This document shows, piece by piece, positions 1 through 8,091 of a stretch of DNA of 40,307 nucleotides (the first letter of the stretch is position 1; the number at the start of each line of letters is the position of its first letter). Both the position numbers and the translations under genes were made by a program. The stretch is from an uncultured Clostridia bacterium (lineage in GTDB: Bacteria > Bacillota > Clostridia > Christensenellales > CAG-917), in NCBI GenBank assembly GCA_947174215.1, contig CAMWIB010000001.1, positions 1 through 40,307 on the forward strand, read 5' to 3'. The notes under the pieces were generated by a model. The model made no database searches. It was not told where the DNA came from and worked only from the letters and a program-made list of their open reading frames with translations.

Positions 1-121
1 TCTTTATATTTAACACAAGCAAATAAACATAAAAACCTATAAGCATGCTTTGTATGTTTATGGAACATTATCAAATACTTACTAATATAAATATATATAA
101 GCACAAAGTTTTAAAAATCTG

Positions 122-150
122 TTGACAAAGACAATATAAAATATTATTAT
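122..150 (+). promoter_or_regulatory. Candidate SigA-type promoter for the tRNA gene
   Basis: TTGACA at 122-127, a 17-nt spacer, then TATTAT at 145-150 (TATAAT also at 148-153). It lies about 25 nt upstream of the tRNA 5' end. Confidence 0.5.
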
Positions 151-173
151 AATCAAGCATTCAAAATACGTTT

Positions 174-249
174 GCCTGTTTAGCTCAGTCGGTAGAGCAT
201 TCGGCTGTTAACCGAAGTGTCGGGGGTTCGAGTCCCTCAACAGGCGCCA
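174..249 (+). tRNA. tRNA-Asn (anticodon GTT), CCA encoded
   Basis: The cloverleaf folds by eye. Acceptor GCCTGTT/AACAGGC; D-arm GCTC-AGTCGGTA-GAGC; anticodon arm TTCGG-CTGTTAA-CCGAA (anticodon GTT); T-arm GGGGG-TTCGAGT-CCCTC; discriminator G plus CCA. Confidence 0.95.
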
Positions 250-255
250 GTTCGA

Positions 256-289
256 AAAAGCACGTTGTCATAACGTGCTTTTATTTTTT
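256..289 (+). terminator. Rho-independent terminator after the tRNA
   Basis: Perfect 11-bp stem AAAAGCACGTT (256-266) / AACGTGCTTTT (272-282) with loop GTCAT, followed by ATTTTTT. Confidence 0.8.
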
Positions 290-678
290 CTCATTATAAA
301 TTACAAACGTTATCTCTCAACAATAAAAGCACGAATATGCCACGCACTTTTTTCTCACTTCTACCGCACAAATGATTGTTTGCTATCAATTCAAGCCGTC
401 ATTGTAAACAACGGCACTGTTTCGCACAATCATTTGCTTGCTATACGCGCTTCGCGCTTTTTTTATTGCATTGAGGAACTTGCCCTGCGATGTTTTACAC
501 CGCGCTCGCTTTGCGAGCCGACACTTCTTTCGAAGTGTACGCTCCGCAGTTTTTCGCGGATACATCCGCTTGCTTCGCTACTTCACGGGATTCGAGTCTG
601 GGCGGTTTCTTATTTTACAAAATACACTTTGTGTTTTGCATTTTGTTCGTCCATAAATTACAACAGCTTTTAATATAT

Positions 679-702
679 AAAACGCGACAATTGCCGCGCT
701 TT
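679..702 (-). terminator. Weak candidate terminator at the end of the minus-strand operon
   Basis: On the minus strand, CGCG-GCAATTGT-CGCG (698-683; 4-bp GC stem) is followed by TTTTATATATT. It lies 65-85 nt downstream of the stop at 764. The stem is short. Confidence 0.3.
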
Positions 703-763
703 ATCAAAATCAAATGTTTATTATTACAATTAGTATATTTTATCTATCGATTTTGCAAATAAC

Positions 764-1516
764 TCAACTTTCAGCATCATTCTCAATACTATCCGTAGGT
801 GCAGTCGATTGGTCGTTTTCGGGTGCCTTGTTGCCATTTTGCAGATACTCTTCAACGGCTTTTCGCTTAATCTCTTCTATGCGCTCTTCCTCGGTTTGCG
901 CCTTCTCGACGGCGGGAGTGCGTATCGTGGTTATGAGCTTCCATATAAGACAAACGAGCATAATGACAAGCGGCAATGCGATTATAAACGCAAAGCCCGC
1001 GCCGTTTTTGAATACGCCGAGTATCCAGCTTATAAACGCGGTCTTTTTCACCATAACCGCATTTATGGTGCTAAGCCTTACGGGGTCGTCCACTTTCGCG
1101 CCCGCCTTGTCGCCCTTCGTGAGAACCACGAAGTCGTTTATGGTTTCATCAAAATGCACGCCTTTCACTATGCGGTGGGTAACTTCTCGGCCTTTCATAG
1201 TCCCGCTTTCGGCGGTGTACGTTATAACCACACCTTCGACAAATAGTTCCGTATCGTTCTCGTTCACGGTCTTGCTGAGAATAACGTCGCCCACGTTTAT
1301 GTTTGGCGTCATAGAATCGGTTACAATATAGTAAAAGCGATGATTGAACAGCGACGGCGCTTTGCCCTGTCCGACTTGAACCATTATAGCCACAAAAGCA
1401 ATGAGAACTGCGACAAAAACGACGGATAACACAATGGTTATCGCGCCGCCTATTATCTTTTTCCAATTCTTAGTAGAATCGTTATTCTTTTTTGCCTTTA
1501 CGCTTTTTCCTATCAT
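764..1516 (-). CDS. sipW: Signal peptidase I, SipW/ER-type (S26B-like), paralog 1, with a second TM helix and acidic cytoplasmic tail
   Basis: 250 aa. N-terminal TM helix (IIGGAITIVLSVVFVAVLIAFVAIMV); Ser box VTDSMTP; His box VTHRIV; TKGD...KVDDP box. A second TM helix (FAFIIALPLVIMLVCLIW) is followed by EEIKRKAVEEYL and an acidic tail. Its 5' end overlaps the upstream gene by 35 nt. Confidence 0.85.
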   Translation of the reverse strand: MIGKSVKAKKNNDSTKNWKKIIGGAITIVLSVVFVAVLIAFVAIMVQVGQGKAPSLFNHRFYYIVTDSMTPNINVGDVILSKTVNENDTELFVEGVVITYTAESGTMKGREVTHRIVKGVHFDETINDFVVLTKGDKAGAKVDDPVRLSTINAVMVKKTAFISWILGVFKNGAGFAFIIALPLVIMLVCLIWKLITTIRTPAVEKAQTEEERIEEIKRKAVEEYLQNGNKAPENDQSTAPTDSIENDAES

Positions 1517-3581
1517 TTTGCTTTGCCAACTTTTTGCGCTCTTTTTGCAGTTGCTTTATCTCGCGCATTTTATCTGCAATAACCTTTTCGATATCCTCGC
1601 TCTCGCCATAGTTGAACGCAATCTCGGAGAGTATTTGCAAGTTTTTCAATCTGTCGCTTTCAAGTATAAGCTTTACGCTATCCTCTATGACGCGCAAAAC
1701 CTGCGCTTCCTTGCGTTCCTTATCGACAATCTTATGAATCTCGGCTTTTTCCTTCTCGTTGATTTTCGCCCAGTTATCGCGTATACCGAGGTTTATAGCG
1801 GTACGTCTTTCGTTTTCCCAGAATCTGACGTTCTCCTCTCGCAAGCGTTCGAGGGTTTCAAGCTTATTCTTTTCCGTCTGTTGTGCGGACTCTCTCTTTG
1901 CCGCGGCTATATTGAGCAAGCTTTCTCGCTGAGCTTCGACAGTCTGCTTTTCTATCTCTATCCTCGCTTCTTCATCGACCTGACGGCGACGCTCGGCCTC
2001 CAATTCGCTCTCCTCTTTTTTATACGCTTCGATAGCCCTGTTGTACTCTGCAAGCGCCGCGTCGTATTCCGCCTGCGCGCTATCGTGCTTTGCCTTGGCT
2101 TCCGCAAGCTTAGACGACACTTCCCTGCGGTAGCGCTCTTCAAGCTCCTTATTCCTTTCCTTTATCTCGTCAAGCTCTTTCCTCTGCGCCGCAAGCCTCG
2201 CTTCCTCTTCTTCCTGCTTGCGTTTAAGCTCCGCTTCCTCCTCTTGGAGTCGCTTTGCCTCGGCGATATCCTCTTCCTCTTGACGTTTCAGTTCCAAACG
2301 CTTACGCGCCCTATCCGCACGCAAGCGGCGTTCCAAGTCCTTCTTCTCGCGTAAGGCAAGGAGCTTTGCCTGCTTCTCCTCTTGCAACTGCTTCTCAATA
2401 AGCTTCTGCCTCGTTACACTATCCTCTTTCAATTTATTGATGCGATACTGGCGTATAACGCGGTCAAGCGCGCCGTTAATCTTGTTAATTTGCGGAATAG
2501 TAAGAGTTTTCTCGGTTGGTATCTTCTTATAAATGGTTCGAATCTGCTCGATATCCATTTTGAGCTGAGGGAAATCGTCCGGCACGTAATCGTCGATATT
2601 CTTCGTGACGTACTCGTCGGCAAGCACCTTTTCCTTTTTCTGTGCGCTCTCCAAGCTCTCGCTCGTTTCATGAGTGGAAGCGATAGACTGCATCAGTATG
2701 GTGTTGAGATACACGATTGCGCGGAACTTATCCGCCATAGTCGGATTCATTTCCACCGTTTCCGTGCTTGTTTCCACCTTATATTCCATCTTCTCGCTTG
2801 TTTCGATATACTGCCACAGAACGAGCGCTTTCTTAAAGTTCGGGTCTTTCAGAATTACGTTCGTACGCTGAATCGGCGGTCTGACAAGCGCGCAGGAGCG
2901 CATTTCTCTTGCGAACGGACTGCCCAAGAAGTCGCTGATAATGGACTTTATACGGTTGATTCTGTCAAGGTCGGATACGCCGCCGCCCGAGCGTTTGACA
3001 ACCGCGTCAAACGGGAAATTCGCATTGCTGTTCATTTCGTAGCGAACCTTATTCTTGTTTACGGCGAATTCGCTCTCGACCTTTACGCCAAGCTCGCCGC
3101 TCTGCATAAGCGCGCCCTTGATTGCGTTGCTTCTTATCTCGATAAAGTCCTTGATTTTCAACAAAAGTGTGTATATAAAGCGATTTTCGTAAATCTCAAA
3201 GCTCTCTTCTTTTGACGTATTGAGAATCTTGGACGGGATAACCATTCCGTCCTTCGTAACCGACGATATCAAATTGGTATGCTGACTAAGGTGCTTGACG
3301 GACTCGACGGAAATACTGCGAGCCAAGGATATATCCACTATATCCTCTTCGATAACGATGAATTTACGCGGGTTACGCACTATGGTATCGAGCGCGACGA
3401 TACAGTCCTCCAAGGTGTCAATCCACTCGGTGGAATAGTTCTTCTTCGTATAAACCTGCGAAATCTTATAGTCGTTCTTTCCGCTGTCGATACTCTCGAC
3501 GTATTTGGGATATAGCTCACCCTGCTTCAATAAGGTGACTATCTGATAGACTATCTCTTCGTAAATCTTAGTACTCGCCAT
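1482..3581 (-). CDS. DUF2357/McrC-N-terminal-like protein fused to a long charged coiled coil; no nuclease domain seen
   Basis: 699 aa; RBS AGGGTGA upstream of the ATG.
- N-terminal ~330 aa carry the McrC/DUF2357-like box EESFEIYENRFIYTLLLKI (compare E. coli McrC NEDTLANRIIKSTL).
- A downstream segment reads PPIQRTNVILKDPNFKKALVLWQYI.
- Residues ~385-690 (nt ~1500-2430) are E/K/R/A/L-rich heptad-like sequence.
- The protein ends in the polybasic KKRKGKKE.
- I could not find a PD-(D/E)xK motif. Confidence 0.6.
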   Translation of the reverse strand: MASTKIYEEIVYQIVTLLKQGELYPKYVESIDSGKNDYKISQVYTKKNYSTEWIDTLEDCIVALDTIVRNPRKFIVIEEDIVDISLARSISVESVKHLSQHTNLISSVTKDGMVIPSKILNTSKEESFEIYENRFIYTLLLKIKDFIEIRSNAIKGALMQSGELGVKVESEFAVNKNKVRYEMNSNANFPFDAVVKRSGGGVSDLDRINRIKSIISDFLGSPFAREMRSCALVRPPIQRTNVILKDPNFKKALVLWQYIETSEKMEYKVETSTETVEMNPTMADKFRAIVYLNTILMQSIASTHETSESLESAQKKEKVLADEYVTKNIDDYVPDDFPQLKMDIEQIRTIYKKIPTEKTLTIPQINKINGALDRVIRQYRINKLKEDSVTRQKLIEKQLQEEKQAKLLALREKKDLERRLRADRARKRLELKRQEEEDIAEAKRLQEEEAELKRKQEEEEARLAAQRKELDEIKERNKELEERYRREVSSKLAEAKAKHDSAQAEYDAALAEYNRAIEAYKKEESELEAERRRQVDEEARIEIEKQTVEAQRESLLNIAAAKRESAQQTEKNKLETLERLREENVRFWENERRTAINLGIRDNWAKINEKEKAEIHKIVDKERKEAQVLRVIEDSVKLILESDRLKNLQILSEIAFNYGESEDIEKVIADKMREIKQLQKERKKLAKQNDRKKRKGKKE

Positions 3582-3594
3582 TTTTCACCCTATT

Positions 3595-5160
3595 TTAGAA
3601 CAGCTTCTTCAATCTGTTGAGGTACTCTTTGCACTCCGTCATATTTTCCTCGCCGAAATGGTCGTTTAAGTACTGGATATAGTCGTCAACCTCATCTCTG
3701 ATGTATGCGAGGTTCAAGGATTCGAACTTACGCAGAATCTTGTTGCAGAGGACGTAATCCAAGCCGTCTATCTCCGTACCGCCGCAAGCGACGTACACGG
3801 GTACGAACTCTTTGAGCTGCTTGACGATACGGTTACCAAACGCAAGACGGAAATGCTCAATGACGTAATCGTCCATTTCCTCGAACTTCTTCATATTCTC
3901 TTCGCTGACCTTATGCTCTTCCTGCGCCTTCTTAAACAGACTTTCAAGATAGGTGTAGTCGATAGGCAAGCCTTCGGTTAGCGGAGCGTCAAACGGCGCG
4001 GCTTTGGAGTTTATGTTTATCGGCATACCACGGTCGTAAACCTTATCGGATATTGCAAACGTGGAGTCGTCGTTGTTTGCCGTACCTACGTACCACATAT
4101 TCTGCGGAAGCGCAAAACGTCCCTTTACGACGTGCTTCGGGTCGCTCGGCCAGCCGCTCGGAACGAGGTCTACAACCCACTGGTCGCGGGACGGCATTTC
4201 CAAAATAGACAGCATTTCCGCGAAGTAGTACTCGACACGCGCGATGTTCATTTCGTCGAGAACGGTTATATAGACGTTCTTATTATACGTAGCGTCGTAC
4301 ATCGCCTTCAAAACCTCAGTTTCGTTGAAACGCTTGGTAAATTCGTTGAAGTATCCGAAAAGCTCCGTTCTGTCACGCCACGACGGCTGAACGGATGCAA
4401 TCGTCGTATCATTTTTAAGGAAGTGTCCTAAGCACTCGGGAAGAGAAGTTTTACCTGTACCCGATATACCTTGCAGGATTATAAGGCGCGTAGTCGCAAG
4501 CGAGGCAAAGAACAGACGGATAATCTTTGGTTCGTAGTAAAGCTTACGCCACGGACGGTCGGGATTGTTTGCGGCGTAATTTCTGAATCTGTCGCAAATC
4601 TGCTCCAACGTATAGTCGTAGCACTCGAATTTCTGCTCTTCGAAGTCGGGCGCAAGATATTTGTTGTCAACCTCCGTAAGCTTGTAGAAACGGCTCTCGC
4701 CCTCTTTCTTCTCGCTTGACGTGTCCTCTCCCTCTTCGCCTTCTATGATGTCATAGCCTTGATACGCCACTTTGAGTCCTAAGATTCTATCCTTTTCCCT
4801 CGTGGTTTTGACAAGCTCTTTTTTGAGCGTATTTATCTCGTCAACGAGGTCCTGATTGAGAACCTTATCACCGAATATCTTTTTGAATAAGCGTTTTGTC
4901 CAGAAAATGGCCTGCCACAAAAGTACGCCGAACACGGCGATTACGAGAATAAAGCAGAAGATTGCGCCAACCAACTCGCCCGTGGACAAAGAATCCTTAT
5001 AGTTGTTAAAGACTGCAACGTACTCGGGAATATTGAACATCTGATACAACGCGCCGAGTATACCGCCTGAATTTCCTATTGTCGGTGACGAGAAGAATAT
5101 ACCAAGTATACCCCCAAAGAAAATCTTGATAAAATCAAGAAAAAAGTTGCCGAACGTCAT
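3595..5160 (-). CDS. Membrane-anchored McrB-family AAA+ (AAA_5) NTPase, probably a GTPase
   Basis: 521 aa; RBS AGGGGGAG.
- Two N-terminal hydrophobic helices (aa ~5-27 and ~62-87), then a short coiled coil and an acidic linker.
- Walker A LQGISGTGKT (nt 4447-4470).
- Walker B plus the McrB signature VLDEMNIARVEYYFAEMLSILE (nt ~4200-4263).
- VGTANNDDSTFAISDKVYDRG, with NNDD matching the N-x-x-D GTP-specificity box of McrB. Confidence 0.75.
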   Translation of the reverse strand: MTFGNFFLDFIKIFFGGILGIFFSSPTIGNSGGILGALYQMFNIPEYVAVFNNYKDSLSTGELVGAIFCFILVIAVFGVLLWQAIFWTKRLFKKIFGDKVLNQDLVDEINTLKKELVKTTREKDRILGLKVAYQGYDIIEGEEGEDTSSEKKEGESRFYKLTEVDNKYLAPDFEEQKFECYDYTLEQICDRFRNYAANNPDRPWRKLYYEPKIIRLFFASLATTRLIILQGISGTGKTSLPECLGHFLKNDTTIASVQPSWRDRTELFGYFNEFTKRFNETEVLKAMYDATYNKNVYITVLDEMNIARVEYYFAEMLSILEMPSRDQWVVDLVPSGWPSDPKHVVKGRFALPQNMWYVGTANNDDSTFAISDKVYDRGMPININSKAAPFDAPLTEGLPIDYTYLESLFKKAQEEHKVSEENMKKFEEMDDYVIEHFRLAFGNRIVKQLKEFVPVYVACGGTEIDGLDYVLCNKILRKFESLNLAYIRDEVDDYIQYLNDHFGEENMTECKEYLNRLKKLF

Positions 5161-5176
5161 TTACTCCCCCTTTCAC

Positions 5177-5962
5177 TTATGCCAGATAGTCGCCGACGAA
5201 TTGCAGCGAACTGAGCATAGCTGTCTTTTCTGCTTTACCGTTATCAATATCCACACCGCTGTACCAAGCGACGAGCCTCATTTTTTTGGTCGCACCCTCT
5301 GCGATAGTAAATGTTATTTCCTCACTCTTCGATATCATCTCAACCGCGCTCTGCTCATATATCGGCGTACCGAGCGCGATATCTCCGTAATATAGCTTTT
5401 CACCGCCGCCCATAATGCCTACGAGTACGTCGTCTACAAACAACGCCACGCAAAGCGCGTCCGCGTTATCTCCCTGAATATCGTACTTGACTATCACTCT
5501 TTGCGCAAAATCGGCATTTTTGTTGGTCAAATAGAATACTTCATCACCGTCTATTGACTTACAGTCCGTCGGAACCTCGGAACGAACCACTCCCGCATAG
5601 AAGTAAAAATCGCCTTCCGAGTCGTATGCCTGCGCCGCGGAATGGAAGTTATTCTCGCTCGTTTTATCCGAGATAATCGCAATAAAAGACTCGTAGCTCT
5701 GCCCTATCTGCGGCTTGTTCTTTGGAATCATCGGGCGCATATCTACATTGTTTGCAAAGCTAATCTCAAAGCCGTCCTTCGCGTCCGCCGCCCACGAGAT
5801 AGCAAGGTCGCCACCCGCCTCGTTGTTTGCAGAAGCCTTAAAGGAAATGACGGATACGTTGACCGCATTGCTCGCCGAGAACCATGCAAAAGTAGCCGTA
5901 GACAATGCTACCAGCAAGAGTAATACCATTATTATCGACGTCAAAACCAATCTTTTTTTCAT
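5177..5962 (-). CDS. TasA/camelysin-like secreted protein with SipW-type signal peptide (paralog A)
   Basis: 261 aa. Signal MKKRLVLTSIIMVLLLLVALSTATFAWFSASN. Family motifs shared with paralog B: VISFKAS, PMIP, FYLTN, VALFVDD, LVGIMGG, YGDI, ITFTI. C-terminal box LVAWYSGVDIDNG...LQF resembles the CalY/TasA C-terminus. RBS AGGGGA. Confidence 0.75.
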   Translation of the reverse strand: MKKRLVLTSIIMVLLLLVALSTATFAWFSASNAVNVSVISFKASANNEAGGDLAISWAADAKDGFEISFANNVDMRPMIPKNKPQIGQSYESFIAIISDKTSENNFHSAAQAYDSEGDFYFYAGVVRSEVPTDCKSIDGDEVFYLTNKNADFAQRVIVKYDIQGDNADALCVALFVDDVLVGIMGGGEKLYYGDIALGTPIYEQSAVEMISKSEEITFTIAEGATKKMRLVAWYSGVDIDNGKAEKTAMLSSLQFVGDYLA

Positions 5963-6043
5963 ATCGCCACTTTCCCCTACTTGTTTTTCTATTTCCCGTT
6001 ATTTATTTTCAGTTCTTCTGTTTCCTATTTTGTTTCGTATGCT

Positions 6044-6811
6044 TTATACTGCCTCGCTAAACGTCAGCGAGAAGCTCGTACTCTTGTTTCCGTTTTCGTT
6101 CTTCATATCGACGCCGTCAAGCCACGCCGCAAGACGAATGCAAACCGAGCTATTTCTCGGTACGGTGAACGTGATAGAACCCGTAGCCTTGTATGCGTTT
6201 TCCATAACGGGCTTGTTGTCCACGACCTCGCCGACCTTTATATTGCCGTAGTGAATGCTTCCCGAGCCTGACATAATGCCAAGCAGTGCTGAATCTTCTT
6301 CCTTTTCTCCAACAAACATCGCTATATGCAGTTTTTCTTTAAGCTCGCCGACGACAGTGTACTCAACCTTAACGGTGATATCGTTTTCAGGCGCAATATT
6401 GTTGATATAAAAGTATTTCTGTCCGCCAACCGATAGTAGCAACGGAGTAGCCGCCGTACCGTCAAGCATTGCGACGAGCTGACCCGCGCCGTCGAGTCCT
6501 TCGAAGGTTTTTTGGAACTGCATAAACTGTGCAAGCTTCGTGCTTCCAATCACTCCGTCAACGGTTGGTATCATCGGGCTTATTTTCCCCGTAGTATCGA
6601 AGGTAAGTTCCGTTTCCTTTGCTGTCTTATCTTTTCCTATGGTAAGGAATCCGCCGACGTCCGACGAGGACGAGCGGAAACTGATTACACCTGCGCCTAC
6701 GACGTTGTTCGCACTATACCAAGCGTAGGTTGCCGTAGAAAGCACGACGAAAAGCAGGACTATCATAAGTCCGATAAAAGCTATTCTTTGAAGATGCTTC
6801 CGCTTTTCCAT
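6044..6811 (-). CDS. TasA/camelysin-like secreted protein with SipW-type signal peptide (paralog B)
   Basis: 255 aa. Signal ...LLFVVLSTATYAWYSANN. Colinear motifs with paralog A: VISFRSS, PMIP, FYINN, IAMFVGE, LLGIMSG, YGNI, ITFTV, LAAWLDGVDMKN. RBS AGGAG lies 6 nt upstream of the ATG. Confidence 0.75.
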   Translation of the reverse strand: MEKRKHLQRIAFIGLMIVLLFVVLSTATYAWYSANNVVGAGVISFRSSSSDVGGFLTIGKDKTAKETELTFDTTGKISPMIPTVDGVIGSTKLAQFMQFQKTFEGLDGAGQLVAMLDGTAATPLLLSVGGQKYFYINNIAPENDITVKVEYTVVGELKEKLHIAMFVGEKEEDSALLGIMSGSGSIHYGNIKVGEVVDNKPVMENAYKATGSITFTVPRNSSVCIRLAAWLDGVDMKNENGNKSTSFSLTFSEAV

Positions 6812-6820
6812 TGCCTACTC

Positions 6821-7840
6821 CTAATTACACGCGAAGCTGAGCGACAGCTGTACCTCGCCGTTGACAATCTTGTCTACGCAATCGCTATCCCAGCCCTCGA
6901 ACCATATAATTATCGAATACTTTACCTTCTCACCGGCGGCTATTTTCAGCCCGTCGTTGTAGATAGCGTATTCGTCGCTATAAAAGAATTCCGTCATCCA
7001 AGGGTCGTTACCCTCTGCCTTTACGATGTGATACTCGCCGTTCTCGTCTTTTGCAAGCTTCCTTTCCGTATATCCTGACGAGATAGGCACGACTTCCTCT
7101 CTTTGCAGGTCGCCATCTTGCTCAACACGCACTTTATCCTCTCCATTTAGATAGTAGAACCCCTCGTTATCGGAAAAGATTCTTCTTCCCTCGGAATCAA
7201 GTTTTATATAATTTCCGTCCTCGTCAGTCTTTGGCGCGGCGTAAACGAATATCTCGTCATTGCGTATAAGCATAACGCGGAGTGCCTTTTGCGCGCCCAA
7301 CGTAGCTATATCAAAGCTGACGCGCTCACCGTACACCTTTTCCTCGGAGGTGATGTTTTGCATATAGAAGGTTCCCGCGATGAAATAATCGTCCACACTC
7401 GTGATACTTCCTTCGCCGCTGACAATCTCGATAAGTCTATCCTCGATTGGCGTAGAGTGAACGATATTCTTTCCGCTTGCGAAGGTAGTGTTCGTCATCT
7501 CGTTCGGACCGATAATCTCTATCATTTCGCTTCCCGGTACCATACTGTTGTGTGGAGATAACGTCAAAATTCTTCCGCCCGACGGCTCGATATAAATTTT
7601 GAAATTGTTTATTCTGACTGCGGAATAAAATCCGTAAATGCCGCCGACAAGCAGCAGTAAAATGAGCAATATAATACCGACAATAATAATTGCCTTTTTA
7701 TGTCTTGTAAGCGCACGCGCTTTTTTATTTTGGACGACGTAGGCGTAATCGCTGTGTTTGGGAGCGTTCTTTTGCTCGCTCTGTCCCTCAGCGTTTTCGA
7801 CGGTATCCGTCGTTACGTCATTTTTTGGTTTCTTCGCCAT
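6821..7840 (-). CDS. Divergent TasA-like family member with a long cytoplasmic N-terminal tail and one TM helix
   Basis: 339 aa. About 50 aa of polar or basic N-terminus, then the TM helix AIIIVGIILLILLLLVGGIYGFYSAV, which ends in a variant of the family motif (YGFYSA versus FAWFSA). Body motifs: FYMQN, LRVMLIRNDE. C-terminal box IIIWFEGWDSDCV...LSLSF. RBS GGAG. Confidence 0.6.
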   Translation of the reverse strand: MAKKPKNDVTTDTVENAEGQSEQKNAPKHSDYAYVVQNKKARALTRHKKAIIIVGIILLILLLLVGGIYGFYSAVRINNFKIYIEPSGGRILTLSPHNSMVPGSEMIEIIGPNEMTNTTFASGKNIVHSTPIEDRLIEIVSGEGSITSVDDYFIAGTFYMQNITSEEKVYGERVSFDIATLGAQKALRVMLIRNDEIFVYAAPKTDEDGNYIKLDSEGRRIFSDNEGFYYLNGEDKVRVEQDGDLQREEVVPISSGYTERKLAKDENGEYHIVKAEGNDPWMTEFFYSDEYAIYNDGLKIAAGEKVKYSIIIWFEGWDSDCVDKIVNGEVQLSLSFACN

Positions 7841-8091
7841 AAATTTTTCTCCGTCCGTAAGCTACCTCGCTTGCGCCCAAGTAGCCTGTCTAAAACTCTT
7901 TGCGAAAATTTATTCGCGGTTCGTTTCAAACACGACGGATAAATTTTCCCCCTCATTCATCGGACTAAACACCGTCAGTCCGACCTCTCATAATTCAGCC
8001 TTGTTGGAATCGCTCTCGCTTTTCTATGATTCCTTAGCATTCTCGGTTTTCAAATATCATTTCTCTCAAATGATTTCTGCTTTCCCTTGGG

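Noticed and set aside
1-300. A tRNA-adjacent position suggesting an integrated mobile island
   Set aside because: No integrase, recombinase, transposase or direct repeat of the tRNA 3' end is visible anywhere in the window. The island hypothesis cannot be supported from this sequence alone.
586-604. A tRNA-like T-loop string, GGGATTCGAGTCTGGGC
   Set aside because: The flanking bases do not form a 5-bp T-stem (CGGGA versus CTGGG does not pair). No acceptor, D or anticodon arms can be drawn. It is probably chance or a decayed fragment.
275-762. Three overlapping plus-strand ORFs (275-673, 438-656, 490-762) in the region after the tRNA
   Set aside because: The first starts inside the tRNA terminator. 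None has an RBS, they overlap one another, and their composition is junk-like. I treat the region as non-coding (see the finding for 290-763).
5950-5962. A7/T7 homopolymer tracts just after start codons (ATGAAAAAAAG at 5962-5952; also 10380-10371 in the sORF) as possible slip-strand phase-variation switches
   Set aside because: The runs are only 7 nt long and arise naturally from the Lys-Lys n-regions of signal peptides. This is too short to argue for phase variation without population data.
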